The position numbers were made by a program, and so were the translations under genes. From IMG/VR virus record IMGVR_UViG_3300025101_000019, positions 96,001-160,000 of that record: a DNA stretch of 64,000 nucleotides; one strand, given 5' to 3'. Position 1 is the first letter of the stretch; each line of letters opens with the position of its first letter. The DNA comes from a virus. Positions 27,960-37,554 of this stretch are shown here, piece after piece. Under the pieces are notes generated by a model, which ran no database searches, was not told where the DNA came from, and saw only the letters and a program-made list of their open reading frames with translations.

Positions 27960-29239
27960 TACTTTTTCTTCAATTTAGGTAGTTTCAATCCAACTTGAGT
28001 AGGACCTTCACCAACTTTATATTGTGTTAACAACTCACCTAACTTCTCTGTCATCTTATCTTGAGTAAAGTTAGTTTTTACATAATGTCTGTTTTTACGA
28101 GACATTACCACTGCTTTTTTGTAATTGTTATAAACTGTTTTTAGAACACCACCTGCTTGTTGATGGTCAATCTTGAACCATTTTGCTTGTTCAAGAATCC
28201 ATTTGTTTGCAGCTGATTTATGAACATTCTCTAATTTACCACCTACTAAAAAGTTATATTCTTTATGTAAGAAATCTACATGACCACTCCAAGCTGATGC
28301 TATAATTGGTTTACCACTAACACATGCCTCAAGTAATGGTCTACCGAATCCTTCACCATGAGTAAATGATACATGAGATTTTACTTTTGGATGATTGTAT
28401 ACTGAATTCATTTCTTCATCGGTCAAATCACCATCTAAAATATAAATATTAGGAAAGTTAGTTCCACCGATTCTATTTTTACATCTTTCGATTGTTTTTC
28501 TTAGTCGATGTATATTTGATATTGATGGTTGTCCATTATTAGTTTTTAGAACCAACGCAGGTTTAGTTTTGTTTTTAAAAGATGTTCCCTTAAATGTATT
28601 CAAAAATACTTTTACTAATGAATATATGTTTTTTCTATCTTGACCATCTGCACCTGGCAACCAATGACCCACAAATAAGAAACAAAAGTTTTCTGGTATT
28701 TTGTCAAATACTTTTTTAACAGTATTGTTTATAGGTGCTTTATTGTCAAAAACCTTTGTGTCAAATCCTTCGAATAAAACTTCAACAGGTTTTTCTAATT
28801 TCAACTCACCCATCTTTTGTTTTGTCTGGTCATTGAGTTTATCATAAACTGCCGATAAAGTTCTTGCTGAATGTTCTGACGAAACCATAGTTAAGTCCAT
28901 TCTATTACACCCATCAATAAATTCTGCAGGTGCATCTGATGTTTCGATAACTGCTGATACACCAATATTAAAATGACCTACTGGTTGAAACTCTGATGGA
29001 ATTGTCATTTGAATCCAAATATCTGGCTTCGTTTCCATTTTACGACTGATTCTTGAAGTCAAATCTGAATCATCAGGTGTCAATGCGTTGATAGGAGTTT
29101 GTCCCCATCGTTGAGACAATATTCTAATGTCCCACTCATCACCCTTTAACTGAATTAATGACCTTACGAAATCTCTACTTCTTGCACCATAACCACTTCT
29201 TGTAGCTATTGGACAACTAATTACACATACTTTTTTCAT
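27959..29239 (-). CDS. glycosyltransferase family 4
   Basis: SGYG, DRKNI, HGEGFGRPLLEA..GKPIIA. Confidence 0.9.
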   Translation of the reverse strand: MKKVCVISCPIATRSGYGARSRDFVRSLIQLKGDEWDIRILSQRWGQTPINALTPDDSDLTSRISRKMETKPDIWIQMTIPSEFQPVGHFNIGVSAVIETSDAPAEFIDGCNRMDLTMVSSEHSARTLSAVYDKLNDQTKQKMGELKLEKPVEVLFEGFDTKVFDNKAPINNTVKKVFDKIPENFCFLFVGHWLPGADGQDRKNIYSLVKVFLNTFKGTSFKNKTKPALVLKTNNGQPSISNIHRLRKTIERCKNRIGGTNFPNIYILDGDLTDEEMNSVYNHPKVKSHVSFTHGEGFGRPLLEACVSGKPIIASAWSGHVDFLHKEYNFLVGGKLENVHKSAANKWILEQAKWFKIDHQQAGGVLKTVYNNYKKAVVMSRKNRHYVKTNFTQDKMTEKLGELLTQYKVGEGPTQVGLKLPKLKKK

Positions 29240-30648
29240 ATCTTGTAAATATCAAATCTTTGTCTTGGTTTCCAATTTTCAAAACAACCATCGATTGCTT
29301 CAATAAATTTCTTACCCATTGTTTCGGCTGCCATATCACCTGCACCCATAATAAATTCATGTCCTTTCATACCTGCGGATGTACACTCATCCCTACCCTT
29401 ACTATACCATTTATCTATTGCCGAACCGATGTCTTTATAAGAACATCTATCATCAAATATATAAGGAGTAACGGGTGACCCTTGTAGTGAACGATTAGAA
29501 GGCCAGATTGGTTCAACCCATTCACCCCAAGTCAGTTCGTCTATAATTGGATTATCTTTATCGTGTAAAGAACCAATCTCAACATAATCATCTCCAGTTA
29601 AGAACTCACCATTTCTTTTAAATCCACATTGGTCTTGTAATCCACCTGTAACATTTACAATGATAGGAGTACCTGCTCGTAATGCTTCACAAGAACCCAA
29701 ACCAAACCCTTCGTTTGATGCGACATTCAATACCACATCACACGAGTTATAAAACATATTTAATCCTTCCGTACTTAGTTTTCCATCTGAAAACTTTACA
29801 TCACAATTAGTTACATTCATTTTTACCAATTCAGGAAGGTCTGTACCATTATCATCAATTGGATTTGTGTGCATGAACAATAGTACTTTTTTATTTGGAT
29901 GTTTCTTTGCAAACTCTTCTACTCCTAAAACAACATCACCTGGAACTTTTCTACGAATGTTTCTGTTACACCATCCGAGAATAAAGTCATAATCATTAAT
30001 ACCACATTCTTCTTTGTATGCTATTAAATTAGTATCTGTATCTGATAGTGGTTTGAATAAGTTAGTTACTCCATGTGGAATATACTTGAAAGACCAATCT
30101 TCTCTATCTTCACCATACCAATCCATTACTCTTTTGTTAATACCATATGTTTGTTTGGATATACCTAACAACAAGTCACAACTTGCGTAAAATGGTGCAT
30201 TCCAATGTGGGTCAGGTAATGAGTCCCATATATTGTAATACATGATTGGACAAATCTGTCTAACCTCATTTTCCATATCATACAACCATCCCCAAAATCT
30301 TGGGTCAGTAAAGTGTAGTATTGCGTCTGGTTTTTCTACATTCAATAATTCTCTTAAAACTTCAGGATTACCATAACTTGTATGGGCGTATATCTTTACA
30401 GATGCATCTTCTATGCCTGTAAGTTTTCTAACATCATCATCTAAAATGAATTGTTTACCATGGTCGGGATGTTTTAATGCAGCCCCCAATTGTACCCAAT
30501 CATATTTGTGTACTGTTGATAGTACGATTTCTTTTGATTGTGTTGCAATCCCACTATGTAATCGTAAATCATCGGAAAGTAAAAGTATCTTTGGTTTCTT
30601 AACCTTATTCTTAGATACCTTCTTTAGTTTTGGTAGTTCTATGCTCAT
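29236..30648 (-). CDS. glycosyltransferase family 4
   Basis: IPHGV, NRNIRRK, NEGFGLGSCEALRAGTPII. Confidence 0.9.
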   Translation of the reverse strand: MSIELPKLKKVSKNKVKKPKILLLSDDLRLHSGIATQSKEIVLSTVHKYDWVQLGAALKHPDHGKQFILDDDVRKLTGIEDASVKIYAHTSYGNPEVLRELLNVEKPDAILHFTDPRFWGWLYDMENEVRQICPIMYYNIWDSLPDPHWNAPFYASCDLLLGISKQTYGINKRVMDWYGEDREDWSFKYIPHGVTNLFKPLSDTDTNLIAYKEECGINDYDFILGWCNRNIRRKVPGDVVLGVEEFAKKHPNKKVLLFMHTNPIDDNGTDLPELVKMNVTNCDVKFSDGKLSTEGLNMFYNSCDVVLNVASNEGFGLGSCEALRAGTPIIVNVTGGLQDQCGFKRNGEFLTGDDYVEIGSLHDKDNPIIDELTWGEWVEPIWPSNRSLQGSPVTPYIFDDRCSYKDIGSAIDKWYSKGRDECTSAGMKGHEFIMGAGDMAAETMGKKFIEAIDGCFENWKPRQRFDIYKI

Positions 30649-30676
30649 TCTATAACTTCTTCTTAATTTATTTAAC

Positions 30677-30684
30677 TATAAATA
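30677..30684 (-). promoter_or_regulatory. TATTTATA motif ahead of the glycosylation island
   Basis: Intergenic recurrent octamer. Confidence 0.45.
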
Positions 30685-30699
30685 TACAAAAAATATTTA

Positions 30700-31083
30700 T
30701 TAAATCCTATTATAATCATCATTAATTCTAACGATATCATCTTCACCGAAATAGGTTCCAGTTTGAACCTCTATAAACTCAACGGGTTCATCCGTTTCAT
30801 TCCATGCTCTGTGCTTTGCACCTAATGGTATTCTAATGGTCTCACCATATTTTCTGAATACCTTTTCATCATCCAAAACAATTGTTAACTCACCTTTTAT
30901 AATCGTCCAACATTCTTGTCTTTTGTGGTGATACTGATAAGATAGTTTTTGATTTGGATTTACTGTAATTCTTTTTACTTTTGTTGTAGGGTCATCTAAC
31001 AATACTTCATACTTTCCCCATGGTCGAGTTTCAGTTAAGATTCCCCTAGCAGTTATTGATTGGTTTGATTCTAATTTACTCAT
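30700..31083 (-). CDS. mannose-6-phosphate isomerase type II cupin domain
   Basis: RPWGKY, LSYQYHHKRQECW, IEVQTGTYFGEDDIVR. Confidence 0.9.
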   Translation of the reverse strand: MSKLESNQSITARGILTETRPWGKYEVLLDDPTTKVKRITVNPNQKLSYQYHHKRQECWTIIKGELTIVLDDEKVFRKYGETIRIPLGAKHRAWNETDEPVEFIEVQTGTYFGEDDIVRINDDYNRI

Positions 31084-31475
31084 TGTACAAAACTTGCTTT
31101 TTTACCCCATCTATTTAGTAACCTACTAAAATGATTAAAGTCTTTTCTTGTTATTTCACCAAAGTATATTATTCTATCTGAATTATGTACTATACAATCG
31201 TACTGATGAAGTGGTTGTGTTGGATGATATGGTTTATCATAATAATCATCGTCCATTCCACTATACAAAGTACTTGATGTATGTGCTGCGTTATATTCGA
31301 TATACTTTAGATTCATTTCTAACGCATATTTTCTAACCCACTTCTCTACACCATTCTTTTTACCTCTCGTGATAATTGTTAAATCATCACCAAACTTTTG
31401 TTTGAGTTTAAAGATTGCTTCTTTAAGTTCACCTCTATTCTCGTACTTCTCATCCCCTATCAGAGCTACCTTCAT
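31080..31475 (-). CDS. SLOG/DUF2493-like protein
   Basis: MKVALIG...IITRGKKNGVEKWVRKYA; start at 31475. Confidence 0.5.
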   Translation of the reverse strand: MKVALIGDEKYENRGELKEAIFKLKQKFGDDLTIITRGKKNGVEKWVRKYALEMNLKYIEYNAAHTSSTLYSGMDDDYYDKPYHPTQPLHQYDCIVHNSDRIIYFGEITRKDFNHFSRLLNRWGKKASFVQ

Positions 31476-31962
31476 TTTTATTAAGTGTGTTTCGTACCTT
31501 TTTCCAATACCTTTTAGTTTGTTTCTTTTGTAATCCCTTCGGACCACCATTCCAACACCTTGCGATTTTCTCATATGAACTTTCTTTGTGATAATAATCT
31601 ACAAATACATAAAACATTTCAATAGACTTTTCTCTATTCCATCTGTCATCAAGTGTATAAAATCTATTATCATCATTTTTGTTTAAAATTCGATTTACAT
31701 CATTCACCATTATGGGTCTAATCTGTAATACTCCTGCAGCGTTTTCTCTTTTTGCATATGCAGTTGGGTTACCCTCTGATTCTACCCACACCATTGCCTC
31801 TACCAAATCATCTAAATTTCTTACAATGGGTTTTATTTCATTTTCTACTTTTTCAATTTTAATTTCCTTAATAGGAATCGTGTCAATTTGTTCTATTGGT
31901 TGTTCGTTGTTATTTACCGAAGAACATAGTAATCCGACTAATACTATTGAAAGATTTCTCAT
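31450..31962 (-). CDS. lysozyme-like / lytic transglycosylase with N-terminal hydrophobic segment
   Basis: VES.G, AGVLQI, ARCWNGGP. Confidence 0.8.
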   Translation of the reverse strand: MRNLSIVLVGLLCSSVNNNEQPIEQIDTIPIKEIKIEKVENEIKPIVRNLDDLVEAMVWVESEGNPTAYAKRENAAGVLQIRPIMVNDVNRILNKNDDNRFYTLDDRWNREKSIEMFYVFVDYYHKESSYEKIARCWNGGPKGLQKKQTKRYWKKVRNTLNKNEGSSDRG

Positions 31963-32909
31963 ACAAATTTTATTCGTTCAACTTTGGGACATAATTCACT
32001 ATCCTTAAAAGGACAATACTTACAACTTTTCTTGTTTTTACCCATCGTAGCGGGAAAGTCCCCTTCTGTGTTGTAAGAACCATCATCGTTAAAAGCGTTG
32101 GCGATAAACTCATCAAAACTTTTTACAATCTTATTTAGTGTTGGTTTTCCATGTGATGGTACAAATTCTTGTACTCGTTTCTGAGCAAACATAGCTTCTT
32201 CCCATAACTTCCTCTTAACTATAAAGTACCTAACTTGTATCTTGTCTAAAGGATATCCATATTGTTCAGCGAAAAACTTCTTGTACAATACTAATTGAGC
32301 AGTTTTTGTTTTATCTGCTTTTTGCCATTTGTTCCAACCTTTTGTTGAGGTTTTGATATCCCAAATTTCTATTGTATTATCTGCAAGATTCTCAAATACT
32401 AAGTCGAGGAATCCCTTCATCATAATGTTTTCATTAGAATCGGATGCTGGATAGTATATTGGTAACTCAACTCCAACTAATTTCATAGTCCTTGTTGAGA
32501 AGTATGATGCTCTATTCTTACGAAGGAAATCCAATATCTGAACACCATCATCGTAGAATTCATTCATTTGGTCTTTTGTGGTGAACTTGACACCATAGAC
32601 TGCCATCATCTTTTTGTACTCCTTAGCCATCTCTTCTAATAGTAGAGATTCTAAGTCCATTTCATTTGCTTTAACTGCCGACTCGTTGTACATTACTTGT
32701 AACCACGATTGAATTGTCTCGTGCATCGCAGTACCAAATACAAGATGAATAGATGGGTCAAAGTCTTTGTGACCATCCATATAGGTCAATTTCCATTGTT
32801 TTGGACAATTAGCCCACATTGTATATTGAGAATACGAAACTTTAACATCACCCTTCTGTTCTTTATGAACGGGGAAATTAAAGATGTTAGATACCATAGA
32901 TTTTTTCAT
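31959..32909 (-). CDS. PD-(D/E)XK nuclease (RecB/Cas4-like)
   Basis: SYSQ..CP, FGTAMHE, GFLDL, WDIKT, QLVLY, CKYCPF..C. Confidence 0.85.
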   Translation of the reverse strand: MKKSMVSNIFNFPVHKEQKGDVKVSYSQYTMWANCPKQWKLTYMDGHKDFDPSIHLVFGTAMHETIQSWLQVMYNESAVKANEMDLESLLLEEMAKEYKKMMAVYGVKFTTKDQMNEFYDDGVQILDFLRKNRASYFSTRTMKLVGVELPIYYPASDSNENIMMKGFLDLVFENLADNTIEIWDIKTSTKGWNKWQKADKTKTAQLVLYKKFFAEQYGYPLDKIQVRYFIVKRKLWEEAMFAQKRVQEFVPSHGKPTLNKIVKSFDEFIANAFNDDGSYNTEGDFPATMGKNKKSCKYCPFKDSELCPKVERIKFV

Positions 32910-32914
32910 ACACT

Positions 32915-32972
32915 CTAATATACGACAATTTGACGAGAATGCCAAATTTTTAATGTTATTAAATTGTTAAGT
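32915..32972 (-). promoter_or_regulatory. Bacteroidota-type promoter with degenerate TTAACA repeat
   Basis: TTTGG-N19-TATATTAG; TTAACA-N5-ATAACA upstream. Confidence 0.7.
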
Positions 32973-32974
32973 TT

Positions 32975-33385
32975 TTACTTAGCCCACTTCTTTCTTTGGA
33001 CTATCTGAGAGATAATTCCGTATACACTCAAGTCTTCGTAAGTGTCTTGGATATTCTCACCGACCTCATCAGGTTGCCCTAATACAACCAATTGCTTTAG
33101 TCTTTGGATTTTATCGTTTTTTCTAAACCATAACCCAACTAATGATAGTTTGATATCTTCGTCTGATTCTAAATTAGTTCCAACCGATATATTACCTGGC
33201 CCATAGTTTCTTTGTTTTTTACAAAATGTTTCATACATTTCATCTAAAATCTTTTGGAACTCTGATGTAGTTTCTGGGTATAATCTTTCACAATATTCTA
33301 CTGCGTTTTCTTCTACATTTCTTTTTTCAGTTCTCTCACCCTTCCACTCTACTTTATTTTTTCTGTCTTTTATTACTTTAGCCAT
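32975..33385 (-). CDS. nucleotide modification associated domain 1 (DUF1599/Nmad1-like)
   Basis: KKQRNYG, RKNDKIQRL, ENIQDTYEDLSVYGII. Confidence 0.7.
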   Translation of the reverse strand: MAKVIKDRKNKVEWKGERTEKRNVEENAVEYCERLYPETTSEFQKILDEMYETFCKKQRNYGPGNISVGTNLESDEDIKLSLVGLWFRKNDKIQRLKQLVVLGQPDEVGENIQDTYEDLSVYGIISQIVQRKKWAK

Positions 33386-33816
33386 TTTTTTATTTCTTTT
33401 TTATCTAACCCATATTTTAACAATATTTCAGTAATATCGTCTTTACTAAGTATTTCAAGATAGTCTCTGACTTCTCTTTGTGATACTGAGTAGTACTTTG
33501 CAAGATACTCCAACACATTGGAATTATACTTGTCATCTTTTTTACCTTTTATGTATTTGTCAAAAGACCTTTTCTTTGGTAAAAAATCAAGATACATTTT
33601 ATAAACATCTCTTGGACTGAGTTGACCAATAGTAAACTTTTGTAGCTCGTTAACCAACTCCAATAATCCCATATTCATAGACAAAAACCTATTGACCATA
33701 AATGGTTCAAAGGTTTTTTTATCCATAACTGAAAGACTATCCCAAGAAGTTTTTGACTCCTTAAGTCCAGATAGATGTTGAAATAATGTCTTAGCCTTCT
33801 TGGTTGTCGCCATCAA
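33373..33816 (-). CDS. clamp loader small subunit (gp62-like)
   Basis: FEPFMVNRFLS, LAKYYSVS..E...YL; near the large subunit. Confidence 0.7.
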   Translation of the reverse strand: MMATTKKAKTLFQHLSGLKESKTSWDSLSVMDKKTFEPFMVNRFLSMNMGLLELVNELQKFTIGQLSPRDVYKMYLDFLPKKRSFDKYIKGKKDDKYNSNVLEYLAKYYSVSQREVRDYLEILSKDDITEILLKYGLDKKEIKKWLK

Positions 33817-34081
33817 TTAGTTCTTTCGGTGTAAATTTAGGATGAACAGTTCCACAATTGTTACACAATACAACAGGTATTGGTAACATTGATGCTACAC
33901 CATTTGGTGATTGTACTGCTGGTACTTCTTTATACATTGTTACTTCGTCAAAAAATATCCCACCACACTCAGGACAACTTACTGTCTCTAATTTTCTTGG
34001 GTCAAGTTTTAATTGAGGTTGTTGTTGTGGGTTTTGTTGACCACCCAAGTTAACAACTTTACCTTTTCCTTTTTTTGCCAT
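33791..34081 (-). CDS. zinc-ribbon protein
   Basis: CPECGG...CNNCG. Confidence 0.7.
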   Translation of the reverse strand: MAKKGKGKVVNLGGQQNPQQQPQLKLDPRKLETVSCPECGGIFFDEVTMYKEVPAVQSPNGVASMLPIPVVLCNNCGTVHPKFTPKELIDGDNQEG

Positions 34082-34084
34082 AAT

Positions 34085-35005
34085 TTATTTTCCTAATGTC
34101 ATTAAAATAGTTAATACCATAGCCATCACATTGATTTCTTTATCAACTACCATGGAGTCTTTGTACTGACCCTCGGCTATATTTAAAATAGTGTGTCCGA
34201 CTTTACCATTTGCATATGAATCTACTTCATCATAAAGTGCTCTATACAATGGTGTAAAGTCTTTCACTTTTGAATCTGCAATAATTTGTCTGATTGTGTT
34301 GAACTTTGTTTTCATTTCACCACTCTCTTGTAAAACTTTTATTACATCTTCAGTATAGTTCGCCTGAATTGTAGAGGTTGTATCTATTTGTAATTCACCT
34401 TTGACAACTTGTCTTTGTGCTGAATTTAGAACTCTACGAATGTCAGGATAACCACTATTGACCAAAATTGCCAAGTCTTCTTTTTCAAACTTAACTGATT
34501 CCTCGTTTAGTATATCAAACAATCTTTTTGCCACTTCTTTTTTAGAAGGTGGTGTTATTGCGAATGTTTGACAACGAGATTGAATCGGGTCAATAATTTT
34601 CTCTACATAGTTACAAGTTAAAATGAACCTTGTAGATTTACTAAAAGTTTCCATAAGATTACGAAGTGCTGCCTGTGCATTTGGTGTCAAATAATCAGCT
34701 TCGTCTAATATGATAACTTTCCACTTTCTGAAACCCATTGATGATGCGAATCCACGAATCTTGTCACGAACTGCGTCAACTGAGTTTTCATCAGAAGCGT
34801 TAATATACATCAAATCACAATCAATCTGATTTGTGATTATCTTTGCGAGGGTAGTCTTACCAGTTCCTGCAACTCCATAGAGTAACAAGTGAGGTACATC
34901 CTCATTTTCAATGTATATTTTTACTTTGTCTAATATATGTTGATTACCAACATATCCATCTAATGTATCGGGTCTGTATTTTTCAACCCATAGTGAATTG
35001 CTCAT
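34085..35005 (-). CDS. clamp loader large subunit (gp44/RFC-like)
   Basis: LWVEKYRP, GVAGTGKTT, LDEAD, IQSRC. Confidence 0.95.
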   Translation of the reverse strand: MSNSLWVEKYRPDTLDGYVGNQHILDKVKIYIENEDVPHLLLYGVAGTGKTTLAKIITNQIDCDLMYINASDENSVDAVRDKIRGFASSMGFRKWKVIILDEADYLTPNAQAALRNLMETFSKSTRFILTCNYVEKIIDPIQSRCQTFAITPPSKKEVAKRLFDILNEESVKFEKEDLAILVNSGYPDIRRVLNSAQRQVVKGELQIDTTSTIQANYTEDVIKVLQESGEMKTKFNTIRQIIADSKVKDFTPLYRALYDEVDSYANGKVGHTILNIAEGQYKDSMVVDKEINVMAMVLTILMTLGK

Positions 35006-36192
35006 CTACCTACTTCTTTTAAATATGTTTCTTTTGCGTTTTCCCAAGTCATTCCAATAATATCCATGTAATACAATGTATCTGGTTTCAACCTATTCTC
35101 ATCATGTAACTTAGTGTATCTTCTAATAGCTTTCTTCTTCCACCATCTGATTGTGTAATCATCACCTTCTTCGAACTTCTTTTTCATCTTCAACTGACTT
35201 TCATCAATCTCGTTTCTTAGAAACTCATTACCATTATCATACATCATTGCGAAGTATACACCTCGTTTAAATCCATGTTGATATTGTGTACTTTTGATTC
35301 CCAACTCTTTGAAAATCATAGACAATATTCTTTGTTTGATACCAGATACAGGTCCTTGGATACCTTCCTTTTGGGTTGTAACTCTTTTGTATTCATCAGC
35401 ATTATGTTCTTTCATCCATTGATGCCAGATATCGTAAAATTGATTATCAGGTTTAGTAGAAACTTTACCTGTCGATTCACCTAATGTTTTGAAATGTGGT
35501 ATTCCATTATATTGTGAATGGATTCCATAAAGAGAAGTTGTACCAACTGCGATTAGAGTTTGTCCATACTTTTCTTTCCACAAATCTCTGAATGTAGGTG
35601 AAGTGGTCAATGCCGAAACAAGTTTACCACCTAAGAAGTTATATCCCAAAGGTTGTGTTGCGATGATAGATGTACCAATTGTAGTATGATTCAACTTACC
35701 ATCTTTAAACTTGTTTTCTTTATCCCACCCAATGTATTTATCACGAACACCTAAAGATGTTACATCAGAACCAAGTGATATTACACCAAGTACTTTACCA
35801 CTTTTTCGGTCTTTAGCAAATGCTTTTATATTACGACCTGGATTAGCAGTAAACTCCATTGATGAAATACACTTTCGGATGTCAGTCCACTTTGCAGTCC
35901 CTGCAGAATCTACGATTAAGTCTACATAAGGTTCTAACTCTTCAATTTCTTTAATAGTCTGTTCCTTGTTGTAGATGTCAGTTGGAGTCCAAATCATATC
36001 ATAAGACTTTGCAAGACTTGGTTTTCTTGCCATAGACTTAGGTAGGTCTGAGTTCCACTCCTGCCACTTTTTATAAAGAGTTTGTTCCTCAACTGGCATA
36101 CTTGATAGGTATTCCATATTGTCGATGAATCGTTTTCTCTCTACATCATAGTCAAAGACTGGTGCCGCTGGTTCTGTGTCCCAAAATTGCAT
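35002..36192 (-). CDS. DUF4338 (DruA-like domain) protein
   Basis: RDKYIGW, QPLGYNFLGGKL, TTSLYG..SQYN, LGESTG. Confidence 0.7.
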   Translation of the reverse strand: MQFWDTEPAAPVFDYDVERKRFIDNMEYLSSMPVEEQTLYKKWQEWNSDLPKSMARKPSLAKSYDMIWTPTDIYNKEQTIKEIEELEPYVDLIVDSAGTAKWTDIRKCISSMEFTANPGRNIKAFAKDRKSGKVLGVISLGSDVTSLGVRDKYIGWDKENKFKDGKLNHTTIGTSIIATQPLGYNFLGGKLVSALTTSPTFRDLWKEKYGQTLIAVGTTSLYGIHSQYNGIPHFKTLGESTGKVSTKPDNQFYDIWHQWMKEHNADEYKRVTTQKEGIQGPVSGIKQRILSMIFKELGIKSTQYQHGFKRGVYFAMMYDNGNEFLRNEIDESQLKMKKKFEEGDDYTIRWWKKKAIRRYTKLHDENRLKPDTLYYMDIIGMTWENAKETYLKEVGR

Positions 36193-36887
36193 TACTTAAT
36201 CTCCACTAAATAATAGTTAGACTTAAATCCATCATTTTCAAATGAAACATGAGCTAATCCATTTGGTGAAATCTTCAATGAAGATGATTTTGCACCCTTG
36301 TTAGCATTAAGGATTTCCTTTAAGTACTTAGCTGAGAATGATATTGGTTCTACATCACCATCACACTCACATTCTACATTGATTGAGATTCTGTTAGAGT
36401 TAATCTTTGAATAACCTAAGATTACTTCACCTTTGTTACTTTTACAACTAAATGTAAATGTATCTGAATCAGATAATGCACCTTTAGACTTTACGAATTT
36501 GTTTACGAAGTCATTGTCCATTTTGATAGTAGATGTAAAATCAGGTAATTGTTTCAAATCTGGAACAACAGGTATTACAGAAAGGTCAGCCAACATATAG
36601 TTTACTGAAGTACCTTTATCTGAGAACACAAGTGCTGCGTCACCTTCTTTTACACTAATATCTGAATCTAATACAGATAATAGTCCTTTTAATTGAGATG
36701 TAGTGTAAACACCATACTCTCCATTTGGAAAGTCTTTGTTATCACTACTTACATTTCCTAATAGGGTCTTATCATCAGAAATGAATTTTACTGACAACCC
36801 TGCATCTGTTGAATCAATCTTTACTGATTCTACCTCACCACCCAAATTATATCGAGTAATGAACCCTTCAAACGAGCTTTTTTTCAT
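36192..36887 (-). CDS. DNA sliding clamp (gp45/PCNA-like)
   Basis: About 230 aa, FSAKYLKEIL, YYLV end; lies between loader and polymerase. Confidence 0.75.
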   Translation of the reverse strand: MKKSSFEGFITRYNLGGEVESVKIDSTDAGLSVKFISDDKTLLGNVSSDNKDFPNGEYGVYTTSQLKGLLSVLDSDISVKEGDAALVFSDKGTSVNYMLADLSVIPVVPDLKQLPDFTSTIKMDNDFVNKFVKSKGALSDSDTFTFSCKSNKGEVILGYSKINSNRISINVECECDGDVEPISFSAKYLKEILNANKGAKSSSLKISPNGLAHVSFENDGFKSNYYLVEIK

Positions 36888-36919
36888 AATTTACTTTTTA
36901 CTATTGATTTATTATTATA

Positions 36920-36951
36920 CTAATATACGAAATTTATTTTTAAAATCCAAA
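36920..36951 (-). promoter_or_regulatory. Bacteroidota-type promoter for the clamp/loader genes
   Basis: TTTGG-N19-TATATTAG. Confidence 0.7.
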
Positions 36952-37554
36952 CCATTTTAACATTTTTAATCGTCTTTTTTTGAAATGGTATATATAAATG
37001 TTTTTTGGTTTGGTCTTTTCATACTTTGCTTTACCATTTTCAAGTGCTTTTCTAATCTCTAACGCAAATGGTTTAAACTTACCATTATGTTTAGTTCTAA
37101 TCGTTTTATCGTGATATCTAAATCCATTATACATAATAACACGACCTGGTTGAGTTTCACCTTTAAATTCAAAGTTTGTAGCTTTGTAAACCACACCCTC
37201 GTGTCCAAATGATTTATCTGCATATGATATAATCATATCTAAATCGGTGTTTCTCTGTAACCATCTAAGAGTCGAACCTATAAAGTAAGACTCTGTATTT
37301 TTAGGTGTATCATCTACACAAACTAATCTTTTTAATTCTAATATTTTATCAGGATTATTTGTATACTTTTGTTCTACTCCACCCATTCCAATCTTACCAT
37401 ATACAATTGCCCCAATCATATTGTTACCATCCATTAACTTAAAACAATATGAAGTTTTTAATCCATTCATATTTTTAGAGTAATGGTATTTTTCAATAAA
37501 ATCAACTACTTGACTTCTTGGACACTTTTCAACTATGTAATTTGTTACACTCAT
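36940..37554 (-). CDS. Mom-like GNAT DNA-modification protein (paralogue 1)
   Basis: YHYS, GAIVYG, LELKRL, TESYFIG, ISYAD..GHEGVVYKATNF. Confidence 0.8.
   Translation of the reverse strand: MSVTNYIVEKCPRSQVVDFIEKYHYSKNMNGLKTSYCFKLMDGNNMIGAIVYGKIGMGGVEQKYTNNPDKILELKRLVCVDDTPKNTESYFIGSTLRWLQRNTDLDMIISYADKSFGHEGVVYKATNFEFKGETQPGRVIMYNGFRYHDKTIRTKHNGKFKPFALEIRKALENGKAKYEKTKPKNIYIYHFKKRRLKMLKWFGF

Noticed and set aside
15564-31083. Bacterial capsule/LPS locus or chimeric contig
   Set aside because: No export or polymerase genes; same strand, packing and AT-rich composition as the flanking phage genes, with seamless junctions
31959-32909. Cas4 of a CRISPR system
   Set aside because: Solo Cas4-like nucleases are common in phages; no cas1, cas2 or array
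35002-36192. Druantia anti-phage system
   Set aside because: Only a DUF4338-like gene; no DruE helicase or other partners, and it is coupled to clamp and loader genes
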